DNA of 64,000 bases, taken from contig OZ250169.1 of NCBI GenBank assembly GCA_965237955.1, forward strand, positions 896,001 to 960,000, given 5' to 3'. The position numbers and the translations under genes were made by a program. Source of the stretch: Candidatus Marinacidobacterales bacterium. GTDB lineage: Bacteria; Acidobacteriota; Vicinamibacteria; Marinacidobacterales; SMYC01. Below, piece by piece: positions 21,061 through 31,153 of the stretch. Numbering within the stretch: the first letter of the stretch is position 1; the number at the start of each line of letters is the position of its first letter. The notes beneath the pieces are model-generated. The model was not told the origin of the DNA and searched no databases. It saw nothing but the letters and a program-made list of their open reading frames with translations.

Positions 21061-21098
21061 GGAGTAGCTGTTGCCGGCGGCTTTCGCCAAGTGCCGGT

Positions 21099-21193
21099 TG
21101 TGATCCGCAAAAAAGAAGATCGACCAGAAGCACCCGACCATAAGCAGGTCTAAAACGCGCAATCAACGCTGGATCGACTTTTTGCGGAGCACA
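21099..21193. mobile_element. 95-bp MITE with C-type ends
   Basis: TGTGATCCGCAAAAA ... TTTTTGCGGAGCACA (inverted, 1 mismatch). Confidence 0.7.
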
Positions 21194-21266
21194 GCTCTCT
21201 GTTGGGTGTCTTGGTCATTTCTCCGCCGTTTCCGGCATGCGGAATCAATCATCGCCGCGTCGGCCA

Positions 21267-21698
21267 TCACTCTGGACCCATCACCAAGTCCTCTAGAATC
21301 GCCACCCCGCCGCCGTGCTCGGTCGCTGCCACGGCATTCGCGAAGCGCGTATCAGCCGTCGCCAGCGTGGCGCCGATGCGATGCGCGAGCGCCAAGTAAA
21401 CGCAATCGTAGACCGGCCTGTCGAGCGCAAGTGCAAGGCGGACCGCGTCCGCACAAATGAGCTCGTCATCGGACCAGCGGATCGGCATTTCACGAACGGC
21501 AGCAGCCAGCACCCCGGCCTCGCCATGCCCAATCTCGCCCAGCCGGGCCTTGCGCCACAGCGCATTGGCGATCTCAGATACCATCAGGCGCGGTGCGTGC
21601 AGGTCATGGTCGCCTTCGAGCAGCCGCTCCGCCGATGCAGATCCCTCTTCCTCGACCAGCCACTTGACCGCAACGCTGGCGTCCACGACCAAGCGCAT
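21267..21698 (-). CDS. vapC: PIN-domain (VapC-like) toxin
   Basis: VVDASVAVKW, E.ANALW, YDCVYLALA, LATAD. Confidence 0.9.
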   Translation of the reverse strand: MRLVVDASVAVKWLVEEEGSASAERLLEGDHDLHAPRLMVSEIANALWRKARLGEIGHGEAGVLAAAVREMPIRWSDDELICADAVRLALALDRPVYDCVYLALAHRIGATLATADTRFANAVAATEHGGGVAILEDLVMGPE

Positions 21699-21955
21699 TA
21701 GACAATCCGATGTCCGCTCTCGCGATCTTCCCGGATGAGAATTTCAGAGGGTGTCTGTACGCGACCCTTGGTGCCGCGCCGCAGTTTTACAGCTAGCTCT
21801 TGGAAGGACTTCCGCTTCATCGCCATATCGTCTTCAGCAGCGGCGGAGAGAATGTGCCGCGCCTCGCTCTCCAAGGAACGATTGTTCGCGGCGGCGCGCC
21901 GCTTGAGACGCTGCACTACGTGGTCATCGAGTTGCCGCACGTTGACTGTTGCCAT
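21698..21955 (-). CDS. FitA/Arc-like ribbon-helix-helix antitoxin
   Basis: MATVNVRQLDD.V..RLK.RAA.N.RSLE.E.R.IL; stop overlaps the toxin start. Confidence 0.88.
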   Translation of the reverse strand: MATVNVRQLDDHVVQRLKRRAAANNRSLESEARHILSAAAEDDMAMKRKSFQELAVKLRRGTKGRVQTPSEILIREDRESGHRIV

Positions 21956-22075
21956 GGCTTTCTCCAGAACTTAATGCTATCAAAATGTTATCACAACACA
22001 GCGGCAGGTACAAAAACCAGCCGCCCGCGTCTTCAATTGCTGGTATGGGATCCCGGTAGGGTCGAGGGCTGGCAC

Positions 22076-23794
22076 GGTGCTCCTGCCATTTCAGTGGATC
22101 CTCTCGAGGGTGAGACCGCCACAGTTTAGGTAGACGAGACTGATGAGAGCTTCGGCAGAGTGGAGTCCAAAGCTGCGGTGGCTCAGCAGCCGGATTTTGT
22201 TGTTCATTCCTTCGAGTCGGCCGTTGCTGAGTCTCCACGTGACCCACGCGATGACGCCATCGAAGTGGCTGCGGATCATCTTCGCCGCGCGTTTGACGGG
22301 CTCTATCCTCGAGCTCATAGCGCGCCGCAGCCATCCTCGGAGAAACTTCTTGGCCCATGTCTCGGTTTTGTAGGTGTAGAGGTCCATGAAGTCGTCGCGC
22401 AGAAGCATGGCGCGGTAGAGGCGACGATTAGCTCGCACCTGCTCGCGGAGCACCCGTTTGTCTTTCGCGCTGCGGTTGTGTTTGGCCTTGAGAAGGGGAA
22501 ACTTGGTGTTCTTGAGGTTGCGCCGGGCAGTCCCTTTGAGCTCGCGCACCAGCTCGCGCCGGGTCTTATCCACGGCCTCGTTCAGATGCTTGACGATGTG
22601 GAAGCGGTCAAAGATCACCCGTGCCTGAGGAGCCTTTTTGCCGACGACAGTTATGTACGGCTCCCACATGTCCATGCTGACCGCTTCGAGCTCCGCGGCT
22701 CTTTGTGGTCCGAGCTTGCGGAAAAACCGCAGCAGCGTCTTGGCCTTGCGCTCCTTTCCCGCCCAGACGACCCGGCCGCTGAGATGGTCTATTACCACTG
22801 TTAAGTACTTGTGGCGTTTGCGGTAGCTGATCTCGTCCATCCCAATCACCCGCAATCCATCGAGCTCGCGCCGCTCATCCCGCTGCTCGGCAACCACTCG
22901 CTGGATGATCCGTCGCACCGAACGCCACGTCACTCGGAAATAGTTCGCTACGGCGCTGACGTCCGTCCTCTGTGCCAGCCACGCTACCTCTTGTTCGAAG
23001 CTTTTGGTAAAGCGGCTTCCCTTGTCGGCCCAAGGCACCTTTTCTCTGACCACTCCACACCGCCGACATACCACTCGTCGGATCGAGTAGCGAAGATAGG
23101 TCCGGACTCCGAACAGGTCCAAGTGCCGCCAGTAGCGATTGTAGCGATCTTTGTTCTTGCGGACCTTTCGTCCGCAAATCCCGCACAGAGGCTTCCTCCT
23201 CCGTGGTACTACATCCACCACCACTCTGGCTTTGTCCGCCTGGAAGTGGAAACCTCGGACCCACAGGCCTTGCAATCCGATGAGCTTGTTGACTAACGTA
23301 GTAACGCGCATCGCGGGAACGCTCTTTTCTCTTTCGGAAAAAAAGATTCTAGCGTTCTCGCCGATGCGCATCTACACATGGCTTACCCTCTCAACCCACG
23401 GGCCTCACCAAATGCCACTGCCCCTCAGCGGGAGACGAGGCTGTGGGAAACGCCCCCACGGTTCTGGTCGTTCAGACCTTGCTCACGACTGAGTTCTCTT
23501 CGAAGCCTGGAAGGGCGTTTTCCATAGCCTCCACTAATCGAGCCCCCCCTTCCTTATTCCATATGAATTAATCTTTCTTGTATATATATCAGGTGGGGCC
23601 TGTGGGCGCTCGTGGGAAACGCGAAGCGTTTTCCAAGCGATTGTGGAAAACGCCGCTCCACGTTTGTACGTGCTCACAACCTTTCCCTAAACGCCTCTCT
23701 CGCCCGGAGTTTCCGGCGTTTTCCACAATCGCGGCAGCGTCCATAGGCCATGCCCTCCAACACAAATCAGATCCCCCGAAACGACAGGAGAACC
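22076..23794 (-). mobile_element. Second ISL3-family element; transposase 22091-23371 (start uncertain)
   Basis: IGMDE, SMDMW, DRFH, EGMNNKI. Imperfect TIR GGT(G/T)CTCCTG. Hairpin-rich 5' leader; no TSD. Confidence 0.88.
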
Positions 23795-23944
23795 CTATTT
23801 AATTCATCCGCGGGCACCAGCTCGCAACGAGCCTTGAAGGCAGAGATGAGCGCGGGAACCAACGACGAAATCATGCAGGCATAGTGCTGGCAGACCGGAG
23901 ACTAATCAAGTTCGGGGCGCGCGCATGAATAAATAGAAGGCACA
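23795..23944. mobile_element. B-end MITE carrying an rve N-terminal remnant; left end clipped by ISL3
   Basis: ctatttaattcatccgcgggcacc ... gcatgaataaatagaaggcaca; similar to 830-956. Confidence 0.65.
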
Positions 23945-23979
23945 ACCAGATTCCATGGAAGAGAAGCGCGATTGGAAAG

Positions 23980-24011
23980 AGCCCGAGACCCTTCGTAGGT
24001 CTCGGGCTTTT
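23980..24011. terminator. Stem-loop terminator downstream of the RRM gene
   Basis: agcccgagacc-cttcgta-ggtctcgggct with T/A tails. Confidence 0.7.
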
Positions 24012-24048
24012 CGCCAGCAAAAATCTGGTCCGAGTCGAGGAGTGGGGC

Positions 24049-24339
24049 TTACCAGCGCCGCCCGCCGCCACCGCGACCGCCACCGCCGCCTTCGGTCCGG
24101 GGTTTGGCTTCGTTGACGTTCAATGTACGACCACCGAGATCAGTTCCATTGACGCCACGGATGGCCGCTTGCGCGGCCGAGCTGTCCGACATCTCAACGA
24201 AAGCGAAACCACGCGGGCGACCGGTGTCGCGATCGGTGATCACGTTGACGCTACTCACCTCGCCGTAAGTCCCGAAGACGTCTCTGAGCTGTTGCTCGGT
24301 GACGTCGAAGGAACAATTGCCTACATAAATCTTACCCAT
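24049..24339 (-). CDS. RRM RNA-binding protein with Gly-rich tail
   Basis: RNP2 IYVGN, RNP1 RGFAFVEM, NVNEA.PR..GGG. Confidence 0.95.
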   Translation of the reverse strand: MGKIYVGNCSFDVTEQQLRDVFGTYGEVSSVNVITDRDTGRPRGFAFVEMSDSSAAQAAIRGVNGTDLGGRTLNVNEAKPRTEGGGGGRGGGGRRW

Positions 24340-24689
24340 GAAATGAACTCCTGAACGGAAAGGGCCTAAGCGAGGGCTGACGGAGGTGTGGTGGAAGTCA
24401 CCAGCAAAAAAAACTACGAAGAGCCGTCGGATAGCTGACGGCGCCATACTGGACTATTCCCGGGTGCGTGTCAAACCCGGCATGTGCCGTGACTATCCAC
24501 GGGCTGTGCTGGTTCAAGTCGCTCCGACGCTCTACCTCGAGGACGACCGAGGACTTCAGATGGGTGTCCCTTCCATAAACTCGAGCTGCATGAGATTGGC
24601 GAACTCCTCGTGTCCGAAAACGCGAACGGAGCCGAAACCTCGAATCCTAGAGGTGTTCTCGAAACGCAATAACGTGCTGGAGAAAGATC

Positions 24690-24756
24690 TCGCTCCTCCC
24701 GCGCAGCCCCGCTTTGCGGGCCGCCAATCCAAGTGTCGTCGACCTCGACCGCTGGG
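24690..24756 (-). pseudogene. IS1595-like transposase fragment
   Basis: VEVDDTWIGG next to A-end copy 10. Short. Confidence 0.5.
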
Positions 24757-25198
24757 CGTCCTGTGCCAAAACTCGGCCCTTTTGAAATAGACCACAAATC
24801 AGCAGCTTAGACGCCCTTGGAATCCGCGCAGAATCGAGGGTATTTCGCGCCGCAGGGCTGGCTTCCGACCCCAGAGCTGCGGGTGGCGAGCGACAGGCCC
24901 ATCGGGGGTGCGCACGGCTGGCTCAAATCGGCTGCGGGGCGAGCTACGGGCAGTGAACTTCGAACCCGGAAGTCCCTCATTAGACTGGACTTTATCGAGC
25001 ACAAGAGCGAACGTTCGGTGATGCCGCAGGATACAGGGGTTGGCCGGAACGTCGTTTTGGACGGTTTGGACTTCGCCAGCTTACGGCGGGTCTGGGAGCA
25101 GACCTTTGGGGCTGCTCCTCCAAGCTCGCTCTCGCGTGTTTTCCTGCGCCGCGTTCTCTTGCACGAACGCCAGTGCCGGACCCATGGCGGGCTTTCGG
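24757..25198 (+). mobile_element. A-end copy 10 plus type-II module with DUF2924-like N-terminus, cut by IS-B
   Basis: LRRVWEQTFGAAPPSSLSRVFLRRVLLHERQCRTHGGLS resembles DUF2924. Confidence 0.8.
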
Positions 25199-25721
25199 TG
25201 CCTTGGTGCACAACTCGCGATCTCGGTCCACAATTGTCCTTTACTCACGGATTCGAGGTTCCCCATGAGCATTTTCAAACGCACTCAGCGGAAGTATGTG
25301 AAGAAGGCCTATCGCGTGAGGAATTGGCGTGAATATGAGGCGGGTCTACGCAACCGTGGGAGCCTGACCGTCTGGATCTCGCTCACCGCCGGCAAGCTTG
25401 TGAACTGGGACGCGCCCCGGCCGAGGAGGAGGAAACCGGGCCGTCAACGCAAGTACTCGAACCACGCCATCGAGACGGCTGTCACCCTGGGCATGGTGTT
25501 TCATCTGTCATCTAGGCAGAGCGAGGGATTGCTGCGATCGTTGTTCGCTCTGATGAAGCTAGACAATGATGTGCCCGATCACACCACGATCTCGAGGCGC
25601 AAGGCGAAGCTGGGTAAGGTCCCCTTCTTACCAAGACAAGCAGAAGACGCCGTTGCACATCTTGATCGACAGCAGCGGTCTCGCTGTCCACGCCGGCCAG
25701 CTGCGCAGAGCACCAAAGAGC
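25199..25721 (+). mobile_element. IS5-family 'IS-B', left half only
   Basis: TIR TGCCTTGGTGCACAACTC; transposase 5' half interrupted by IS-A. Confidence 0.9.
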
Positions 25722-26806
25722 GGCGTTGTTGCACCGCTCTGGCTGAGAGCGAAATCCGCCTATGGTGGTGGCCGAGGTATGTTCGAGCATGAAGTATCCC
25801 AAGCGCTGCCAGTACAAGCACGCGAAGCAGAAGAAGTACCACGTTCGCAACTGGGCGGAATACAACGAAGGGCTGCGCCGCCGGGGCGATTTGACAGTCT
25901 GGTTTGACGAGGAGGCAATCGCGAACTGGAAGGCCGACAAGACCGGTAAGCCTGGCGGTCAACGGGTCTATTCAGACATGGCGATTGAAACGGGCCTGGT
26001 TGTCCGGATGGTGTACAAGCTCGCCTACCGACAAACCGAAGGCTTCTTGCACTCGATCGCCTCGCTTCTCGGGCTCGGTATCGAGATCCCGGACTACTCG
26101 ACGTTGTGTCGGCGCTCGAGGTTGCTCCGCAAGAAGCTGCGGATTCCGAAAGCCGCGAGCACTCAACCCATCCACCTGATGATCGATAGCACGGGCTTGA
26201 GGATTCATGTTGGAAACGCTCGCAAACCGCCAAAGCAGCGCGCATGGCGCAAGTTGCACATCGCCGTTGATCGCGAGACAGGGAACATTGTTGCGTCCGA
26301 ACTGACGGCGTCACGAGCTCGCGACGCAACCCGAGTCCCCGCTTTGCTAACACAGATTCAAGCACCTCTAGTGTCGGTGGCGGCGGACAGTGCATACGAC
26401 AAGGAAGCGGTCTACGAAGCCATCGAAGCGCACAGTCCTGGACGAAGGACGCGCGTGGTGATTCCGCCGCAACGAAACGCGACGCTCAGTCAGAATTCGA
26501 ACACCGCCATGCAGGAGCGCGATCGCCATATTCGTGCAATCGAAAGACACGGCCGACGTGAATGGTACAAGCTCTCAGGCTACACCAAACGAAGCATGGT
26601 GGAGAACGCGGTCTATCGTTACAAGGCGATCATCGGGCCGGAGATGCGGGCTCGAACGTTGGCGAGGCAACGAGTTGAACACCGAATTGGGTGCGAGATA
26701 CTCAACAAGATGGCTGCGCTCGGGATGCCCGATACGTACTGCGCCGGGTGACTCTGCAACCGGCACAGGGAGGTCAGCGATTTGCTCCGGGCCGTGCAAC
26801 AACGCC
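25722..26806 (+). mobile_element. IS-A copy 2; transposase 25762-26751
   Basis: 1085 bp, near-identical inverted copy of 6875-7959. Confidence 0.95.
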
Positions 26807-27043
26807 TAGCGATGGCATTCCGAAAATCGATATTTGCACATTGTCGTTTTTGATTTGCGCGACGAGAACCCCCGTGCCTAATATGGGTTCGAGTGGGGCG
26901 AGGGCCCACACCGATACTTACTCAATGAGACTGGGACCACATGTCGCCTACGGGCGATAAACTTCCATAAAACTACTCCTTGGTTTTTCCCTCCTTAATT
27001 AGGCCCTCGCTCCTCTTCACCTTTCCCGGGCCATCCCGTTTTG

Positions 27044-27072
27044 TTGACTTGGCTACGCCCCTTGGCTACGAT
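27044..27072 (+). promoter_or_regulatory. Sigma70-type promoter of the tRNA
   Basis: TTGACT-17 bp-TACGAT, 15 bp before the tRNA. Confidence 0.7.
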
Positions 27073-27087
27073 AAGAGTCTCCATCGT

Positions 27088-27163
27088 GGGGCTGTGGCGC
27101 AGTTGGGAGCGCGCCTGAATGGCATTCAGGAGGTCACGGGTTCGACCCCCGTCAGCTCCACCA
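27088..27163 (+). tRNA. tRNA-Ala (GGC)
   Basis: 76 nt GGGGCTG...CAGCTCCACCA; anticodon arm CCTGA-ATGGCAT-TCAGG; TTCGA T-loop. Confidence 0.97.
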
Positions 27164-27383
27164 TTTTTGCGACCTCTGGTCGCAAGAATGTCCGCCGAAG
27201 CTGAAATCCAATCGCACCAAGCGAAGGCGGACCGATGTCTCCCCGTTTTCGAGCGGATCTCGAGATGCGCTCGGCCACTTGAACGAAACAAGGGTTCGCT
27301 ACGCTTCAGGCGGTGAGCGACCTCCCCACCGTAAGCTATGGCACTTCTCATGGGTACACCTTCGAACATCGATGACCAAAACC

Positions 27384-27415
27384 GGTAGTGGTCTAGTTTG
27401 AACTAGACCACTACC
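27384..27415. mobile_element. 32-bp TIR-only insertion footprint with 8-bp TSD
   Basis: CCAAAACC-[GGTAGTGGTCTAGTT tg AACTAGACCACTACC]-CCAAAACC. Confidence 0.8.
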
Positions 27416-27471
27416 CCAAAACCCTTCGGATCCGTCCGCGAAGGGTAGAGTGATAATATTGGGCTCTTCGC

Positions 27472-29823
27472 TGCCTTGGTGCACAACTCCGATAGAGGCC
27501 GATAGCTCGCTTGGCCCCGACTCCCATCATCCGATCATCTCGCTATCAGGCATCCCGAGCGCCGTCATGGTGTTGAGAATCTTGCACCCGATCCTTGCCT
27601 CGACTCTCTGTGCCGCCAACCCTCTCGCTCGCATCGCTGAGCCCACGATAGCCTTGTAGCGATGGAACGTTGTCTCGACTTTGCTCCGTTTGCTGTAGCC
27701 CGATTCTGTGTGCCACTTTCGTTTGCCGAGCCGAGCTTGTGCTGCAATGTTGCGATTGCGCTGTCGGCTGCTCGCCGGCCCCGATGCGAGCTGGGCGCCC
27801 TTGCGCGGCGGTATCAGCACCCTCGGCGAGCGATGAGCGCTGTGATTCTCGATTGCCTCATAGACGCCGCTGGCGTCGTATGCGGTGTCAGCTCTGGCCG
27901 ATGAGATGGGACTTGACCCTGCCCGGGTTTTGTGGACACCAACCGAGGCGCGACAATGCGCCTGGAGGCGTCCATGGGAAAGCGACGACGAAGGAAGTTC
28001 ACGGGGGAGTTCAAGAAGGAAGCGGTCCGGCTGTTCAAAGCGGGCGAGCGCAGCATCGGCCAGGTCGCTAAGGAACTGGACCTGACGGAATCAGCCCTTC
28101 GAAACTGGGTGAAACAATACGAGGTTGATCACGGTGAAGGTCCACGCGAGGCTCTGACGACGGCGGAACGTGATGAGCTCCGTTCGCTGCGACGTCGAGT
28201 ACGCACGTTGGAGCAAGAGCGAGAAATATTAAAAAAGGCGGCGGCCTTCTTCGCGAAGGAAAGCGAATGAGATTCAAGTTCATTCACGCGGAGCGGGCCA
28301 ACTATCCGGTGCGGGTGATGTGCCGAGTCCTGAGGGTATCGACCAGCGGCTACTACGCTCAGATGAAGCGCGCGCCCAGCAGGCGACAGTGTGAGGATGG
28401 GAAGCTGAAGCTGCGCATCCAAGCGATCCACGCCCATAGCCGTGGTACCTACGGCAGGGAGCGTGTACGTCGCCAGCTTGACGGGGAGAACGTCGAGGTG
28501 GGCAAGCAGCGAGTGGCACGGCTGATGCGTGAGATGGGCCTGCAGGGCCTGCCCAGCAAGCGTTTTCGCCGCACGACCGACAGCAAGCACGATCGCCCTA
28601 TCGCGCCCAACGTGCTCGGCCGGCACTTCGAAGCCGAACGAGCGAACCAGTTCTGGGTGACGGACATAACCTTCATCCGGACTTGGGAAGGCTGGCTCTA
28701 CTTGGCGGTCATCCTCGATCTGTTCTCGCGTCGTGTCGTCGGCTGGGCGATGCAGTCCCACCTGCGCGCAGAGCTTGCTCTCGAGGCGCTTCACATGGCC
28801 TTGGGGCGCCGTCTGCCTGGAAGTGGCTTGTGCATCATTCAGACCGTGGTACTCAATACGCGGCTGCGTCTTACCAGGCCGTGCTCGATGAGTACGGCAT
28901 CGTGTGCTCGATGAGCCGCAAAGGTAATTGCTGGGACAACGCCGTGAGCGAAAGCTTCTTCGGTACGCTCAAGACCGAGCTCGTCAACCGGCGGAGCTGG
29001 CCAACCCGGCGGAGCGCCAAAGACGCCGTCGCCAGCTACATCGAAGGCTTCTACAACCCGCATCGACTTCACTCGTCGCTCGGCTACGTGAGCCCGATGC
29101 TGTTCGAGCAATTACACGCTCTTAAATCTGCTGATGCGAGATGATCAACCCGTCCACTTTTCCCGGGCAAGGTTAACTGTCGATCTGTCCGACAAGCGAT
29201 GCAACCCGCGATGAATCGCGGGCTCTTTTGCTCGTCAGCTCGCCGGCGACGACTTCGCCACTCTGCTCGTCGACACACAGATGGAGCTTGCGATAGTCCC
29301 TGCTCTTTGGTGCTCTGCGCAGCTGGCCGGCGTGGACAGCGAGACCGCTGCTGTCGATCAAGATGTGCAACGGCGTCTTCTGCTTGTCTTGGTAGAAGGG
29401 GACCTTACCCAGCTTCGCCTTGCGCCTCGAGATCGTGGTGTGATCGGGCACATCATTGTCTAGCTTCATCAGAGCGAACAACGACCGCAGCAATCCCTCG
29501 CTCTGCCTAGATGACAGATGAAACACCATGCCCAGGGTGACAGCCGTCTCGATGGCGTGGTTCGAGTACTTGCGTTGACGGCCCGGTTTCCTCCTCCTCG
29601 GCCGGGGCGCGTCCCAGTTCACAAGCTTGCCGGCGGTGAGCGAGATCCAGACGGTCAAGCTCCCACGGTTGCGTAGACCCGCCTCATATTCACGCCAATT
29701 CCTCACGCGATAGGCCTTCTTCACATACTTCCGCTGAGTGCGTTTGAAAATGCTCATGGGGAACCTCGAATCCGTGAGTAAAGGACAATTGTGGACCGAG
29801 ATCGCGAGTTGTGCACCAAGGCA
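27472..29823 (-). mobile_element. IS-B::IS3 nested element, copy 1 (2352 bp)
   Basis: IS-B TIRs at both ends; transposase split by IS3. Confidence 0.95.
27914..29175 (+). mobile_element. IS3-family element (orfA ~27974-28270; orfB 28267-29144 with an extra frameshift)
   Basis: TGACC..GCCCGGG TIRs, 3-bp TSD ACT, A6G slippery site, WVTDIT / HHSDRG / NAVSESFF motifs. Confidence 0.95.
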
Positions 29824-29971
29824 TCAGAACTCCAGTCCTCCTGAGTCCTCTAGAGTCCTCCCCAGTTTTGGAGACGTTTTGGAGACGGAGGACAGGTCCC
29901 GCCATCCGCTGATTGAAGCTCGCGCTGGTCCCAACTAGAATGTCCATCCAGAAGACCGACGAGTCGCCAAA

Positions 29972-31153
29972 GTGATCGGCCAAACCCTCGCCCACTACAA
30001 GATCTTGGAGAAGATCGGCTCGGGCGGTATGGGCGACGTCTATCTGGCCGAGGACACCAAGCTAGACCGCAAGGTGGCGCTGAAGGTTCTCCCCCCGGAG
30101 CTTGCCGAGAGCGAGATGCGCCGGGCTCGGTTCCAACGAGAAGCCAAAGCCATCGCCGCGCTCAATCATCCCAATATCGTTCACGTCTATTCGGTGGAGG
30201 AGGTTGAGGGAGTCCACTTCATCACGATGGAGCTGGTCCAGGGGAAGACGCTCACGGAGCTGATCCCGAAGAAGGGCCTGGCGCTGAACAAGTTCTTCGA
30301 GTTGGCGATTCCCCTCGCCGATGCGGTGAGTGCGGCGCACCAGAAGGGCATCATCCACCGGGATCTGAAACCGGACAACTTGATGCAGGACGAGGAGCGG
30401 CGTCTCAAGATTCTCGACTTCGGCCTCGCGAAATGGAGGCAAGAGCTCCTCGAGGCAGGTCTGAGCGAGCTACCAACCCTGGAGGCTACGGGAGAAGGAC
30501 GCATTGTGGGGACGCTGAACTACATGTCTCCCGAGCAGGCGGAAGGCAAGACGGTCGATCACCGCTCGGACATCTTCTCGATTGGAATCATCCTTTATGA
30601 GATGGCGACGGGACAACGCCCTTTCACAGGACAAACGGCCGCTTCGGTTCTTTCCTCAATCATCAAAGAGACGCCTCCGTCGATCACCGAAGTCAATCCC
30701 GCTCTACCAAAGTCCCTGTGGAGAATCACCAGACGGTGTTTGGCCAAAGATACGGAACGTCGGTATCAGTCTGCCAAAGAGATCCGAAATGAACTGGAGG
30801 AATTGACGGGAGAGCTGGCCTCGGGAGAGCTCGTGGAGGGAGCGGTCGTTCCGATGCGCTCCCCGGTCGTGAAGTGGTTTGCCGCGGCCGCCGTGACGCT
30901 AGCCCTGGCCCTCGTGGGAGCGCTCGGCTACTTCCTCCGAGAGGCATCGAGCGCCCGTCTTCGCTTCACCAACCCGATTCAGATCACCTCGGCGGTGGGC
31001 GTGGAAGACTTCCCCACGTGGTCTCCCGGTGGCGAGCGCCTGGCATTTCAGTCGGACGAGAGCGGCAATAATGACATCTGGGTGGCCCAGCTCGGAGGCG
31101 GGGGAGCGCTCAACCTTACGGTGGCTCGCGTCGAGGAAGACCGAAGTCCGAGG
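29972..31153 (+). pseudogene. Hanks-type Ser/Thr kinase + TM + PD40 repeats, 3'-truncated by IS-B
   Basis: GSGGMG.VY, VALK, HRDLKPDN, DFG, YMSPEQ; TM helix; P.WSP.G.RLAF.SD. Confidence 0.92.

Noticed and set aside
23436-23750. Long hairpins as an independent ncRNA
   Set aside because: They lie inside the ISL3 boundaries, and I cannot assign an RNA family without a covariance search.
648-24810. A-end repeats as a CRISPR array or integron attC sites
   Set aside because: Spacing is irregular (0.1-10 kb), both orientations occur, there is no RYYYAAC/GTTRRRY pairing, no cas or intI gene is present, and most flanking genes are truncated rather than complete cassettes.
6875-26806. Simple inversion between the two opposed IS-A copies
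   Set aside because: The flanking 9-mers do not match in the swapped pattern an inversion would leave.
29824-29900. Possible att remnant of a tRNA-integrated island
   Set aside because: I found no duplicate of the tRNA-Ala 3' end and no tyrosine integrase in the window.
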